DNA from: an uncultured Gammaproteobacteria bacterium
Lineage (GTDB): Bacteria > Patescibacteriota > Microgenomatia > PFEM01 > DATLAM01
Length of the DNA: 64,000 bases
Direction: 5' to 3'
NCBI GenBank assembly: GCA_964566925.1
Contig: CAZMIZ010000001.1
Coordinates: 7,248 to 71,247 of the forward strand
Part shown: in pieces, positions 1 to 8,793 of the stretch
Layout of the letters: each line of letters begins with the position of its first letter
How positions within the stretch are numbered: the first letter of the stretch is position 1
The notes under the pieces: generated by a model
Seen by the model: the letters and a program-made list of their open reading frames with translations, nothing else
Database searches by the model: none
What the model was told of the DNA's origin: nothing
Translations under genes and position numbers: made by a program

Positions 1-188
1 TTCTTTGTTTCAGTTGATGAAATACCTACTTGCTTTAAGGTTAAAGCTGATGATTTGGGCGGATTAAGAAATTCTTGTTGTTGTTTTTTGGTTTCCAAGC
101 CCCGATTTTTAAGGATTGTTTTAATGATTTCTGTTTGTCGGGCCGCTCTATCTTTTGATCTGATCTTACTTAAAATTCGCCACCTCAT
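1..188 (-). CDS. recJ: 5' part of probable single-stranded DNA exonuclease RecJ (DHH family); runs off the window
   Basis: Manual translation from ATG 188: MRWRILSKIRSKDRAARQTEIIKTILKNRGLETKKQQQEFLNPP; the ILxNRG...EFLNP pattern resembles RecJ N-termini; catalytic motifs are outside the window. Confidence 0.55.
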   Translation of the reverse strand, partial: MRWRILSKIRSKDRAARQTEIIKTILKNRGLETKKQQQEFLNPPKSSALTLKQVGISSTETK

Positions 189-208
189 TGTGCTATGATA
201 ATACCAGG
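189..208. promoter_or_regulatory. Overlapping divergent extended -10 promoters (recJ / cca)
   Basis: TGcTATGAT at 191-199 (+) lies 9 nt before ATG 209; TGgTATTAT at 206-198 (-) lies 9 nt before ATG 188; no SD on either side. Confidence 0.6.
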
Positions 209-1597
209 ATGAAGGTTAAGTTGCCAGCCTTTGTGAAAAAAATTTTGGCTACTTTTGAAAAAGAGGGCCACCAGATTTATATTGTGGGTGGGGTGGTCCG
301 AGACCTGGTTATCGGTCGTCAAGCGGTTGACTGGGATTTCACCACTGATGCTCCCCCAAAAGTAATCCTCTCCATTTTTCCTGATGGCTTCTATGACAAT
401 CAATTCGGAACCGTTGGTGTCGTCGACCTAAAAGAAAAGAAAAAGAGAGATATTTATGGTAAACCTCTTGTTTATGAAATTACCACTTTTCGAAAAGAAA
501 TTGGCTACACTGATCGGCGTCATCCCGACCAGGTCATTTGGGGAAAAACTTTAGAAGAAGACTTAGTCCGGCGGGATTTTACTATTAACGCCATGGCTCT
601 CCAAAGGATTAAAGGCGATGAATTTAAAATTATTGATCCTCATCGGGGCCAAGAAGATATTAAAAAACGCCTTATTCGGGCTGTCGGTAATCCTAATAAG
701 CGCTTCCAAGAAGACGCTTTACGGATGATGCGCGGCATCAGAATCGCTACCCAGCTCGGTTTTAAAATCGAAGAAAAAACTTTCCAAGCGATGAAAAAAA
801 ACATTAATCTGATTAAACATGTCAGCGCCGAAAGAATCAGGGACGAACTTTTTAAACTTCTCTCTTATCAATACGCAGCTGATGGCTATCTGATTTTAAG
901 AAATTCCGGCTTAGGTGAAAAAATCCTTCCTGAAGCAGAAAAAATGTTTGGGGTTGAACAAAAATCGCCAGGAAGACATCATCTTGACGACGTCGGCACC
1001 CACGCGGTCAAGTCTTTAAGAGCCAGTCAATCAAAAGACCCGATTCTCAATCTGGCAATCCTTCTTCATGATGTTGGCAAACCGATTGTCGCTGGTAAAG
1101 ACAAAAAGGGAACGATTACCTTTTACAACCACGAAGTGGTGGGAGCTTCAATTGCCAGAAACATTGCCCAAAGATTAAAGTTTTCTAAAAAAGATCGGGA
1201 ACGATTCTTTACTCTGGTTCGCTGGCATCAGTTTACGGTTGACGAAAGACAAACCGACAAAGCTATCCGCCGATTCATTAGAAATGTTGGCAAGGAAAAT
1301 TTGGCTGATATCCTAGAAGCTAGACGGGCTGATCGAGTTGGAGGCGGAGCCCGAGAAACCTCTTGGCGATTGGAACGATTTAAGAAAAAACTGGTTGAGG
1401 TCCAAAAACAACCTTTTTCGGTTGCTGATTTGAAGGTTACCGGGCATGACGTGATGAAAATCTTAGACCTCCACCAAGGTCCTTTGGTGGGAAAAATTTT
1501 AAATCAACTTTATCGAGAAGTGGTTGAAGATAAAAATAAGAATAAACGCCCCTATCTTCTCAAACGGATTAAGGTGGTTGGGAAAAATCTAAACTAA
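209..1597 (+). CDS. cca: CCA tRNA nucleotidyltransferase with HD domain
   Basis: Motifs VGGVVRD, DWDFTT, RRDFTINAMA, EDALRMMR, LLHDVGK; start moved to ATG 209. Confidence 0.9.
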   Translation: MKVKLPAFVKKILATFEKEGHQIYIVGGVVRDLVIGRQAVDWDFTTDAPPKVILSIFPDGFYDNQFGTVGVVDLKEKKKRDIYGKPLVYEITTFRKEIGYTDRRHPDQVIWGKTLEEDLVRRDFTINAMALQRIKGDEFKIIDPHRGQEDIKKRLIRAVGNPNKRFQEDALRMMRGIRIATQLGFKIEEKTFQAMKKNINLIKHVSAERIRDELFKLLSYQYAADGYLILRNSGLGEKILPEAEKMFGVEQKSPGRHHLDDVGTHAVKSLRASQSKDPILNLAILLHDVGKPIVAGKDKKGTITFYNHEVVGASIARNIAQRLKFSKKDRERFFTLVRWHQFTVDERQTDKAIRRFIRNVGKENLADILEARRADRVGGGARETSWRLERFKKKLVEVQKQPFSVADLKVTGHDVMKILDLHQGPLVGKILNQLYREVVEDKNKNKRPYLLKRIKVVGKNLN

Positions 1598-1600
1598 AAA

Positions 1601-1620
1601 AAGACGGATTTCTCCGTCTT
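1601..1620. terminator. Hairpin terminator between convergent genes
   Basis: AAGACGGA-tttc-TCCGTCTT preceded by an A run. Confidence 0.65.
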
Positions 1621-1642
1621 CTATCTTCCCAAGATTACTCTT

Positions 1643-1876
1643 TTAATACATTCCTTTTTCGCCTGCTTTATAAGTGGCGATGTTCTTACACTCGTCAAAC
1701 TCCGTTTCCCCTAGCGTCTTGAATTCCAAAATACATTTCGCTCGGGCGGTTTCTGCTTCTATTTCATTTTTATCAAATAAATATTCTCTTACCGTTAAAA
1801 TTAGAAGCAGACCTAAAACAAAAACAATCAGTTGCCAAATCAAAGAATCCTGATCTAGTTTCACAATTCCTCTCAA
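1643..1876 (-). CDS. Small hypothetical membrane protein
   Basis: 77-aa ORF, one hydrophobic helix, two Cys in the C-terminal part. Confidence 0.5.
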   Translation of the reverse strand: MRGIVKLDQDSLIWQLIVFVLGLLLILTVREYLFDKNEIEAETARAKCILEFKTLGETEFDECKNIATYKAGEKGMY

Positions 1877-1905
1877 GGTTACTATATTAAACTTCCCTCA
1901 TCTTG

Positions 1906-2292
1906 TCAATTTTCAGGTATAGACTCATCCCCAGTTCGGGTTTTGAGAAGATGGAGAAACAAAAGCACTTCCATACCTTCGGTTACTCTTTGTCTTTCTT
2001 CTAAAGGGACGTCTTTTAAAAGATCTTCCCTTTCAGTTTGGGCCGCTTCTATTCCTCCTGCCGCCAACAGGTCGGCATAAGTCCCAATTACCAGTCGGGC
2101 TGATTCCGAAGAGCCTTCAAAAGCTTCAAATATCCTTTCCTCTGTCATGGTTTCTTTTACTGAATCTGGGCATTCTCCCTTAGCACCTCTCTGTGGGTCT
2201 TTACATTCAGTAAGACAAAATTTTTTAGTAATTGGGCCTCTGACCCCTGACTGATAACAAAAAAATTCTTCTTTTCCAGTTTTCTCAGCCAT
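1906..2292 (-). CDS. Hypothetical protein with four N-terminal Cys
   Basis: ORF track 1906..2310; ATG 2292 preceded by GGAG. Confidence 0.55.
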   Translation of the reverse strand: MAEKTGKEEFFCYQSGVRGPITKKFCLTECKDPQRGAKGECPDSVKETMTEERIFEAFEGSSESARLVIGTYADLLAAGGIEAAQTEREDLLKDVPLEERQRVTEGMEVLLFLHLLKTRTGDESIPEN

Positions 2293-2430
2293 TTTTACTC
2301 CTGTTTTCAATTAAATTTTTCTCGACTTCAATTTTACCCTATAAATTTGCTTTCAGCAACTTAAAGGGCAGATCATTTCCTAAAGAAGGAAGAAATTGAT
2401 GGTTAACTAATTAAGGTTAGTCAATAATAA

Positions 2431-3177
2431 CTAAAGTTCGATTTTGGAGAATAAATAACTGCCAACGACCAACAAAACTCCGGTTGCCGTGCCCAGAAGC
2501 AGAAAATCCTGGAAAAAACCAAACTGATAACCAGTCCCTAAAGCTCCTCTTAAACCATCCACCCCATAGGAAAGCGGGTCAATCATCGCCACCACCGTTA
2601 AAGCCCTGGGTAAGTTTTCTAAAGGAAAAAGAGCACCTGACAAGAAAAAGAGGGGCATCACTAAAAAATTCATAATTAATTGAAAGCCGTGCATGTCTTC
2701 CATTTTTGAGGCAATGGCTGTTCCGAAAGCCGTAAAAAGCAAGGCAATCAGGAGCATAAAAAGGTAAACTAGGAAAAAAGACAACCAGCTACTTAAACGA
2801 AAACCAATTAAAAAAGAAATCAAAAGAACCACCGTTCCCTGAAAAATGGCCACCGTCGCCCCGCCCAAAGTCCGACCAATCATAATCTCCATTCTTGAAA
2901 CCGGCGCCACCAAAGTTTCTTTTAAAAAACCAAACTGGCGATCCCAAATAATCTCAATTCCGGAAAACATGGCCGTGAACAAAACGCTCATGGCAATGAT
3001 CCCGGGCACCAAAAATTTCATATAGGACTCCCCGGCCGCTCTTTGATAAATTGGCCCAAAACCAAACCCTAAGGCAACAAGAAAAAGCAAAGGTTGACCC
3101 AAAGCACCCACTAATCGGGACCGAGACCGGAAATATCTTTTTAATTGTCTTAACCACAAAATATAAATAGTGTTCAT
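2431..3177 (-). CDS. ABC-2 type exporter permease (DrrB-like)
   Basis: WDRQFGFLKETLVAP and FFLSGALFP motifs, 6 TM; overlaps ATPase stop. Confidence 0.9.
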   Translation of the reverse strand: MNTIYILWLRQLKRYFRSRSRLVGALGQPLLFLVALGFGFGPIYQRAAGESYMKFLVPGIIAMSVLFTAMFSGIEIIWDRQFGFLKETLVAPVSRMEIMIGRTLGGATVAIFQGTVVLLISFLIGFRLSSWLSFFLVYLFMLLIALLFTAFGTAIASKMEDMHGFQLIMNFLVMPLFFLSGALFPLENLPRALTVVAMIDPLSYGVDGLRGALGTGYQFGFFQDFLLLGTATGVLLVVGSYLFSKIEL

Positions 3178-3989
3178 CTTCCCCTCGCTCTCCTCATTAA
3201 GTGGAGGCGATCAAAATTTTTGACCTCCTCTTCTCTAATTTCATAACCAGTGAGAGTAATAAAAGCTTCTTCGAGAGATTTCTTTTTTGTTTTTCTTTTA
3301 AGCTGATTGGCTGAACCCTGGGCAATAATCTGGCCGTGATCCATAATGGCAATTCTGTGAGCCATTTTTTCTGCTTCTTCCATATAATGGGTGGTAAAAA
3401 AGATAGTCGTTTTCTCCTTTCGATTAAGCTCTTTAATATAATTCCAAATATGGGTTCTTGTCTGGGGGTCTAGGCCTAAAGTGGGTTCATCCAGAAAAAA
3501 GATTTGAGGGTTATGCAAAAGCCCTCGAGCCACTTCGAGCCTTCTTCTCATTCCACCGGAAAAAGTTTTAATTAAGTTATCTTTTCTTTCCCAAAGCTCA
3601 ACGAATTTTAGAAGCCGCTCAATCCTCTTTTGACGTAAATCACGAGGAACTTTATATAAAGCGCCGTGAATTTCCATATTTTCCCAAGCCGTCAATTGAT
3701 CATCTAAACTAGGATCCTGAAAAACAATTCCAAAGGAGCGCCGCACCTCATTTTCTTGACCAGCGGGATCATAACCATTAATTTTGATAGAACCTTGGCT
3801 AGGATTAGTCAGGGTAGTGAGAATTTTAATGGTGGTTGTCTTACCAGCACCATTAGGACCTAAAAAAGCAAAAATTTCCCCTTTTTTAACATTGAAGGAG
3901 ATGTTATCCACCGCCCTTAAACCATTGTAGGTTTTGGTTAAATTTTTGACTTTAATAATTAAATTGTTTCGAGATCTTTTTGGTTTCAT
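3174..3989 (-). CDS. ABC exporter ATP-binding protein (DrrA-like)
   Basis: GPNGAGKTT, FSGGM, LDEPTLGLD, TTHYMEEA. Confidence 0.92.
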   Translation of the reverse strand: MKPKRSRNNLIIKVKNLTKTYNGLRAVDNISFNVKKGEIFAFLGPNGAGKTTTIKILTTLTNPSQGSIKINGYDPAGQENEVRRSFGIVFQDPSLDDQLTAWENMEIHGALYKVPRDLRQKRIERLLKFVELWERKDNLIKTFSGGMRRRLEVARGLLHNPQIFFLDEPTLGLDPQTRTHIWNYIKELNRKEKTTIFFTTHYMEEAEKMAHRIAIMDHGQIIAQGSANQLKRKTKKKSLEEAFITLTGYEIREEEVKNFDRLHLMRRARGR

Positions 3990-4077
3990 CTTCTTAATCT
4001 GGTTGATTATAGCACAATTTTTTCTTGACAAAAGCCAGCTTCCGCGCTATTTTCTCGGGAATCTAAAAAATAAGAGG

Positions 4078-4962
4078 TTATTTTTTTCTTCGCTTCTCGA
4101 TTTGCTCCCAAATCACCAAAAACGGGGCGGCTGTGAATGTTGAGGAATATGTGCCGGCAATCGTGCCGATCAGAAGGGCCGCTACGAACCAGCGAATAGT
4201 CACTCCCCCTAAAAGTAGTAAGGCAATCAACATGAAGATAATTGTCAGAGAGTTATTCAAAGACCGGGCTAAAGTTTCGGTAATCGCCTTATTAATCAAA
4301 TCTTCAAAAGGCGTTCCGGGTAATCTTTTTTGCGACTCCCGAATCCGGTCATAAACCACCACCGTATCATGAACCGAAAAAGAAAGAATGGTTAGGACAG
4401 CGGTCACAAACAAAGTATCGACCTCCACCCCGAAAAAGTGACCCAGTAAAGAAAAACTGCCCAAAAGGATAAGGCTGTCATGAAACATCGCCAAAATTGC
4501 ACAAACCCCAAACTTTAAATCTTTAAATCGCCAGGCTACGTAACCCAAAATAGCCCCAGCCGCCAAAACAATGGCCACCATCGTTTTTACTAAAAGTTCT
4601 CTACCTAAAGTCGGCCCCACGGTTTCAAAGCGGACTTCTTCGGGCATTTCCTCAAATTTTTCTCCAAGAGCTGATTTGATTGTCGCCACATCATCTTTGG
4701 CGATTGGTTTCATCCGGATCAAAATCGTTTTTTCACCAGAAGACTGGACCGAGGAAACCTCAAAGTTTTGGTCTTCAATCAGTTCCTTTAATGACTGATG
4801 ATCGATGGTTGATGATTGATGTTCGAATCTTAATTCAAGTAGAGTGCCGCCAGTAAAATCAATGGCAGGACGAAGGCCATGAAGGGCCAAGGAAATAATC
4901 CCTGGAATCAAAACCAAAGCTGACAAAACAAAATAAAACCATTTAAAGCGCATGAAATTCAT
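4078..4962 (-). CDS. secF: Protein translocase subunit SecF
   Basis: IDFTGGT, VGPTLG, SVHDTVVVYDRIRE, GTYSS. Confidence 0.96.
   Translation of the reverse strand: MNFMRFKWFYFVLSALVLIPGIISLALHGLRPAIDFTGGTLLELRFEHQSSTIDHQSLKELIEDQNFEVSSVQSSGEKTILIRMKPIAKDDVATIKSALGEKFEEMPEEVRFETVGPTLGRELLVKTMVAIVLAAGAILGYVAWRFKDLKFGVCAILAMFHDSLILLGSFSLLGHFFGVEVDTLFVTAVLTILSFSVHDTVVVYDRIRESQKRLPGTPFEDLINKAITETLARSLNNSLTIIFMLIALLLLGGVTIRWFVAALLIGTIAGTYSSTFTAAPFLVIWEQIEKRRKK
4791..4821 (-). repeat. Degenerate 7-mer tandem repeat in frame within secF
   Basis: Minus strand CATCAAT CATCAAC CATCGAT CATCAGT CAT, encoding HQSSTIDHQS. Confidence 0.75.
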
Positions 4963-5001
4963 AGGCTAGGCATTAGGCACTAGGCATTAGGCACTAGGCG
5001 C
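4962..5001. repeat. 7-mer tandem repeat (TAGGCAY) at the secD-secF junction
   Basis: TAGGC TAGGCAT TAGGCAC TAGGCAT TAGGCAC TAGGCGC. Confidence 0.9.
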
Positions 5002-6318
5002 GGACACCTCCTTTCTTGAAAAAACACGCAAAATTGTTCGGGTAACGACAATGCCGGTGAAAAGGCTTAATAAAACCCCGATTCCTAGGGTTAAAGCAAA
5101 ACCTCGAACCATCCCTGAAGTAACTAAAAATGACCAGTTAAAGGGATTGAAAAGAATAAAACAGGTAATTAAAGTACAAATATTGGCGTCTCGGATCGAA
5201 TCCCAGGCCCGCCCAAAGCCCAGTTCCATCGCCACCGATCGTGGTTTACCAGAACGGACCTCTTCTTTCATCCGCTCAAAAATCAAAATATTGCTATCCA
5301 CCGCCATCCCGACGGAAAGAATAAAGCCGGCTACTCCCGGAAGAGTGAGGGTGACCGGAATTAACTTATAAAGAGCCAGGGTAATTAAACCGTAGATAAC
5401 CAAAGAAAAATCAGCTAAAATCCCGAGATAGCCGTAATAAGCCGCCATAAAACCAATCACCATTAAAAGCCCAATTAACCCAGCTTGAAGACTCCTTTGA
5501 ACCGATTGACTCCCTAAAGTAGCCCCAATGTTTCTTTGTTCAATAATCTTAATGGGGGCAGGTAAAGCCCCGGCATTAAGCTGAATCGAGAGTTTTTTAG
5601 CTTCATCTATATTAAATTCACCGGTAATCACCGCGTCGCCAGTGGTAATTTCCTCCTGAACCATCGGAATGGTAATCGGCAACTCATCAAGAAAAATCCC
5701 CACTGGCCGACCCACATTTCTTTTAGTGATTTCGGCAAACTTCTTCGCTCCCTCACTATTAAATTCTAAACCAACCACCGGCTGGCCAGTATTCGGATCA
5801 AACTGGACTTGAGAGCGAGCCAAATCCTTGCCAGTTAAACCGGTCTCTTGGTAATCAGCTAAGGTCGCTGCTTCGGTAGCTTCCGGAGAAAGTTCCCTAA
5901 AGTCAAGCTGGGCCGTCTGACCGATTAAATCAATAGCTTGATCGATTTCTCCGACTCCAGGCAACTCAACAATTAACCGGTAGCCTTCGCCGATTTTAGA
6001 AGTTTGGATTAAAGGTTCAGCAACCCCAAAAAGATTGACCCGGCGATCAATATTTTCTTTGGCCGCTTCCAGAGCTGAATCCCGATCTTCATCGGCAATC
6101 TCGCTCATGTCCGCCTGGAAAACCAAGTGGGTGCCGCCAGCTAAATCAATTCCCTGTTTAATCTCAAGATCCCGAGAAAATTGGAATTTACCTAAATTAA
6201 GATCAATCGCCGGCCGAGAAATTTCCTGATCTAAAAGGCGGAAACTGCTAGGTAAATCAATAAAAACAGAAAAAGCAGTTAAAACGATAATTAGCCAAAA
6301 AATTATTCGCGGCCGCAT
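4987..6318 (-). CDS. secD: Protein translocase subunit SecD
   Basis: GIDLAGG, RRVNLFGVAEP, VELPG, LNAGALP, GMAVDSNILIFER; start set to second Met. Confidence 0.96.
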   Translation of the reverse strand: MRPRIIFWLIIVLTAFSVFIDLPSSFRLLDQEISRPAIDLNLGKFQFSRDLEIKQGIDLAGGTHLVFQADMSEIADEDRDSALEAAKENIDRRVNLFGVAEPLIQTSKIGEGYRLIVELPGVGEIDQAIDLIGQTAQLDFRELSPEATEAATLADYQETGLTGKDLARSQVQFDPNTGQPVVGLEFNSEGAKKFAEITKRNVGRPVGIFLDELPITIPMVQEEITTGDAVITGEFNIDEAKKLSIQLNAGALPAPIKIIEQRNIGATLGSQSVQRSLQAGLIGLLMVIGFMAAYYGYLGILADFSLVIYGLITLALYKLIPVTLTLPGVAGFILSVGMAVDSNILIFERMKEEVRSGKPRSVAMELGFGRAWDSIRDANICTLITCFILFNPFNWSFLVTSGMVRGFALTLGIGVLLSLFTGIVVTRTILRVFSRKEVSAPSA

Positions 6319-6366
6319 CGGCTCTATCATAGCACAAAACTAAGAATCCAGATATAATGAAACGCG

Positions 6367-7533
6367 ATGAAAGGTAATGTCCGTAAATACTATTTTTATC
6401 AGTTTTTTAACCACTTTGAGCTTTTCGGACCGGTGATTGTTCTCTTCTGGCAAGCAAGGGGTTTAAACATGACCCAAATCATGATTCTACAGTCTATTTA
6501 TGCTCTGGCTATTGTTTTTTTAGAGTTACCTACGGGCGCTATCGCTGATTATTTCGGTAAAAAACTAAGCCTTATCTTAGGCTCTCTTCTCTTCGCAATA
6601 GGAATGTTTGTTTATGGCCTGAGTTTTAAGTTTTGGCAATTCACTATTGGTGAGGTTATTTTGGCATCCGGGGCTGCTTTCATTTCTGGCGCCGACCGAG
6701 CTTTTATTCATGAAGTGCTTAAGGCGATCAAAAGGGAGAAAGATTATAAAAAGGTTGAGGGCCGCGCTCAAGGTTTGAAACAAACAGCCCATACCATCGG
6801 CAACTTGATAGGAGGTTTTGTAGGTACTTTTTCTCTTGGTCTTACCTTAATTATTTCGGCGGCAACTAGTTTAGTCGCTTTCTTTTTAGGAATGACCTTC
6901 AAAAGAACAAGAGAAAAGCTTCCAAGAGAAGAAGAAACAAAATACCTTGAAATCATTAAGCAAAGTCTGGCGATTATCAAAAACAACGAAAGGGTTTTGT
7001 GGTTAACTTTATTTTTCGCTGCCTTTAATGGTTTAGTCTGGACAACTAACTGGTTTTCTCAACCTTATTTGCAAATGTTTAAGGTGCCGGTGGTCTATTT
7101 CGGTTTAATCTTTGCCGCTTTTAATATTATCTCGGCGATTGGCTCATCCTTGGTTCCCCAATTCGAGAGAATAACTCGCGGCAGGCCATTTCTGGTAATG
7201 GGACTAATTGTCTCTATTTCAATGTTTTTACTTGGCCGGTTTCCTGGTCTTTACATCTTCCCACTCTGGTCACTTTTTGTCACCTTTTTGGTCATGAATC
7301 AAACTTTAGTTTCGGATCAGGTTTTGGCCTTGGTCCCGGCTGACCGGGCAGCGACAATTCTTTCTTTCCAGAATTTGTTAAGAAGATTTATCTATGCTGG
7401 ATTCGGGCCGGTTTTGGGGGTTGTTGCCGATAAACTTGGAATTTTGATCGCCTTACAATTAAACGCTATGGTTTTGTTTTTAGCTTTAGGCTTGTTACGC
7501 TTTACCCGCCGCAAAATCATTACTACAGGATAA
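6367..7533 (+). CDS. MFS transporter
   Basis: ELPTGAIADYFGKK (MFS motif A), about 12 TM. Confidence 0.9.
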   Translation: MKGNVRKYYFYQFFNHFELFGPVIVLFWQARGLNMTQIMILQSIYALAIVFLELPTGAIADYFGKKLSLILGSLLFAIGMFVYGLSFKFWQFTIGEVILASGAAFISGADRAFIHEVLKAIKREKDYKKVEGRAQGLKQTAHTIGNLIGGFVGTFSLGLTLIISAATSLVAFFLGMTFKRTREKLPREEETKYLEIIKQSLAIIKNNERVLWLTLFFAAFNGLVWTTNWFSQPYLQMFKVPVVYFGLIFAAFNIISAIGSSLVPQFERITRGRPFLVMGLIVSISMFLLGRFPGLYIFPLWSLFVTFLVMNQTLVSDQVLALVPADRAATILSFQNLLRRFIYAGFGPVLGVVADKLGILIALQLNAMVLFLALGLLRFTRRKIITTG

Positions 7534-7562
7534 AAATTTGTTTGTGATATACTAACGACAAA

Positions 7563-7904
7563 ATGAAAGTCATCAGAAAAAATCAAACCAAAAGATTTAA
7601 AAATAGTCCTGTTTGTATCGCCCATGAATATCCTCTGGGCGATAAAGATATCAACGGGGTGGTTATTGAGCTTAAAGGAAGATACCCCGACAAAGGCAGG
7701 GTTGTTAATCTTAAGTGTAAAGAATTGGTTTATCTTTTAGACGGCTCTGTTTTACTTGAGGTTGAAGGAAAAAAGATAAAACTAGAAAAGGGTGATGAAG
7801 TTTTAATCATGCCAAAAGAGAAGTATCTTTGGGATGGAAATTGTAGAATCTTTACCGCTTGTACTCCTGCTTGGTATCCCGAGCAACACAAAGAAGTCAA
7901 GTAA
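7563..7904 (+). CDS. Cupin-domain protein
   Basis: ELVYLLDG...LEKGDEVLI...CTPAW cupin pattern. Confidence 0.75.
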   Translation: MKVIRKNQTKRFKNSPVCIAHEYPLGDKDINGVVIELKGRYPDKGRVVNLKCKELVYLLDGSVLLEVEGKKIKLEKGDEVLIMPKEKYLWDGNCRIFTACTPAWYPEQHKEVK

Positions 7905-8114
7905 TTACTGCTTCTTCGGGCGGCGTTTTTTAATGAAGGTCTTGGAAAGAGCTAGTTGTTTAGTGCCGGAAAAAGTATAAATGACCCGTCCCGTTTCAGG
8001 TTCAACCCTTACTTGGACTTCCTGCCCGGCTTTAACCCCCACCGAATTAACGAATTGAGAGGGAATGGTCACCGCCAAACTATTGCCGGTTCTAATAATC
8101 TTCTGTTTGGGCAT
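7905..8114 (-). CDS. AbrB/MazE/SpoVT family DNA-binding protein
   Basis: KIIRTGNSLAVTIP...GVKAGQEV. Confidence 0.85.
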   Translation of the reverse strand: MPKQKIIRTGNSLAVTIPSQFVNSVGVKAGQEVQVRVEPETGRVIYTFSGTKQLALSKTFIKKRRPKKQ

Positions 8115-8115
8115 C

Positions 8116-8700
8116 TTAACCTACCTTACTCACCAATTCTTCTTCATCACCCACAATCATTATCCGAGAACCCCCAAGGATGCTTAAAACAAAAGGGTCG
8201 CGACGCCTTTTCCGAAACTCAAATTCGTCTTTGGTCATCACTGTATAATTGATTTCTCGCTCCAGTTTGGTTTCTTCCTCTCTAACTATTTTGGCTAATT
8301 CCGGCAAAACCAATTCACCCACAACCAAAAGATCGACTCCTCCCTCGATTGGCTCGAGGCAGCGGGCAAAGCGACCGGAAAGCATGGCAAACTTCACCTT
8401 TCCTAGCTTACTTTTGTTTTTGATAATCTTTCTGCCTAAACCGGCGGTCTTAGCAATCATTGAAAGAAGGTCTTGAAAGAGAGGGTAATCATTCCGAAAC
8501 CAATAGTAAAGCCGGTTGCCACGGGGTTCCTTTTTGACTAGCCCTCGCTTTTCCATCCGGGCCAACTCACGACGGACGGCATTAATTTCCTCCCCGGTGG
8601 CCCGCACTAAACCCCGAACATGATACATCTCTCCAGGTTTATAAAGGAAAATTTTGAGAAGTTTTACCCGGACTTTTGAGACCATTAAATCTTGCAACAT
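8116..8700 (-). CDS. Winged-helix protein with C-terminal nucleotidyltransferase-like domain
   Basis: N-terminal wHTH (YHVRGLVR..GEEINAVRREL), C-terminal LSG...VDLLVVG...REINYTVM. Confidence 0.7.
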   Translation of the reverse strand: MLQDLMVSKVRVKLLKIFLYKPGEMYHVRGLVRATGEEINAVRRELARMEKRGLVKKEPRGNRLYYWFRNDYPLFQDLLSMIAKTAGLGRKIIKNKSKLGKVKFAMLSGRFARCLEPIEGGVDLLVVGELVLPELAKIVREEETKLEREINYTVMTKDEFEFRKRRRDPFVLSILGGSRIMIVGDEEELVSKVG

Positions 8701-8711
8701 CTGTCTCCTTT

Positions 8712-8785
8712 TCCGCCTTCGCCCTTCGATTAACTCAGGACTACGGCGGATAAACCGGGCAGTCCAGCCCTCCGCAAAGAGCTGG
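8712..8785. repeat. Cluster of short palindromic REP-like elements, one nested in another
   Basis: TCCGCCTTCGC[CCTTCGATTAACTCAGG]ACTACGGCGGA (8712-8750) then CCAGCCCT..AGAGCTGG (8764-8785). Confidence 0.65.
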
Positions 8786-8793
8786 GTAAAGCT

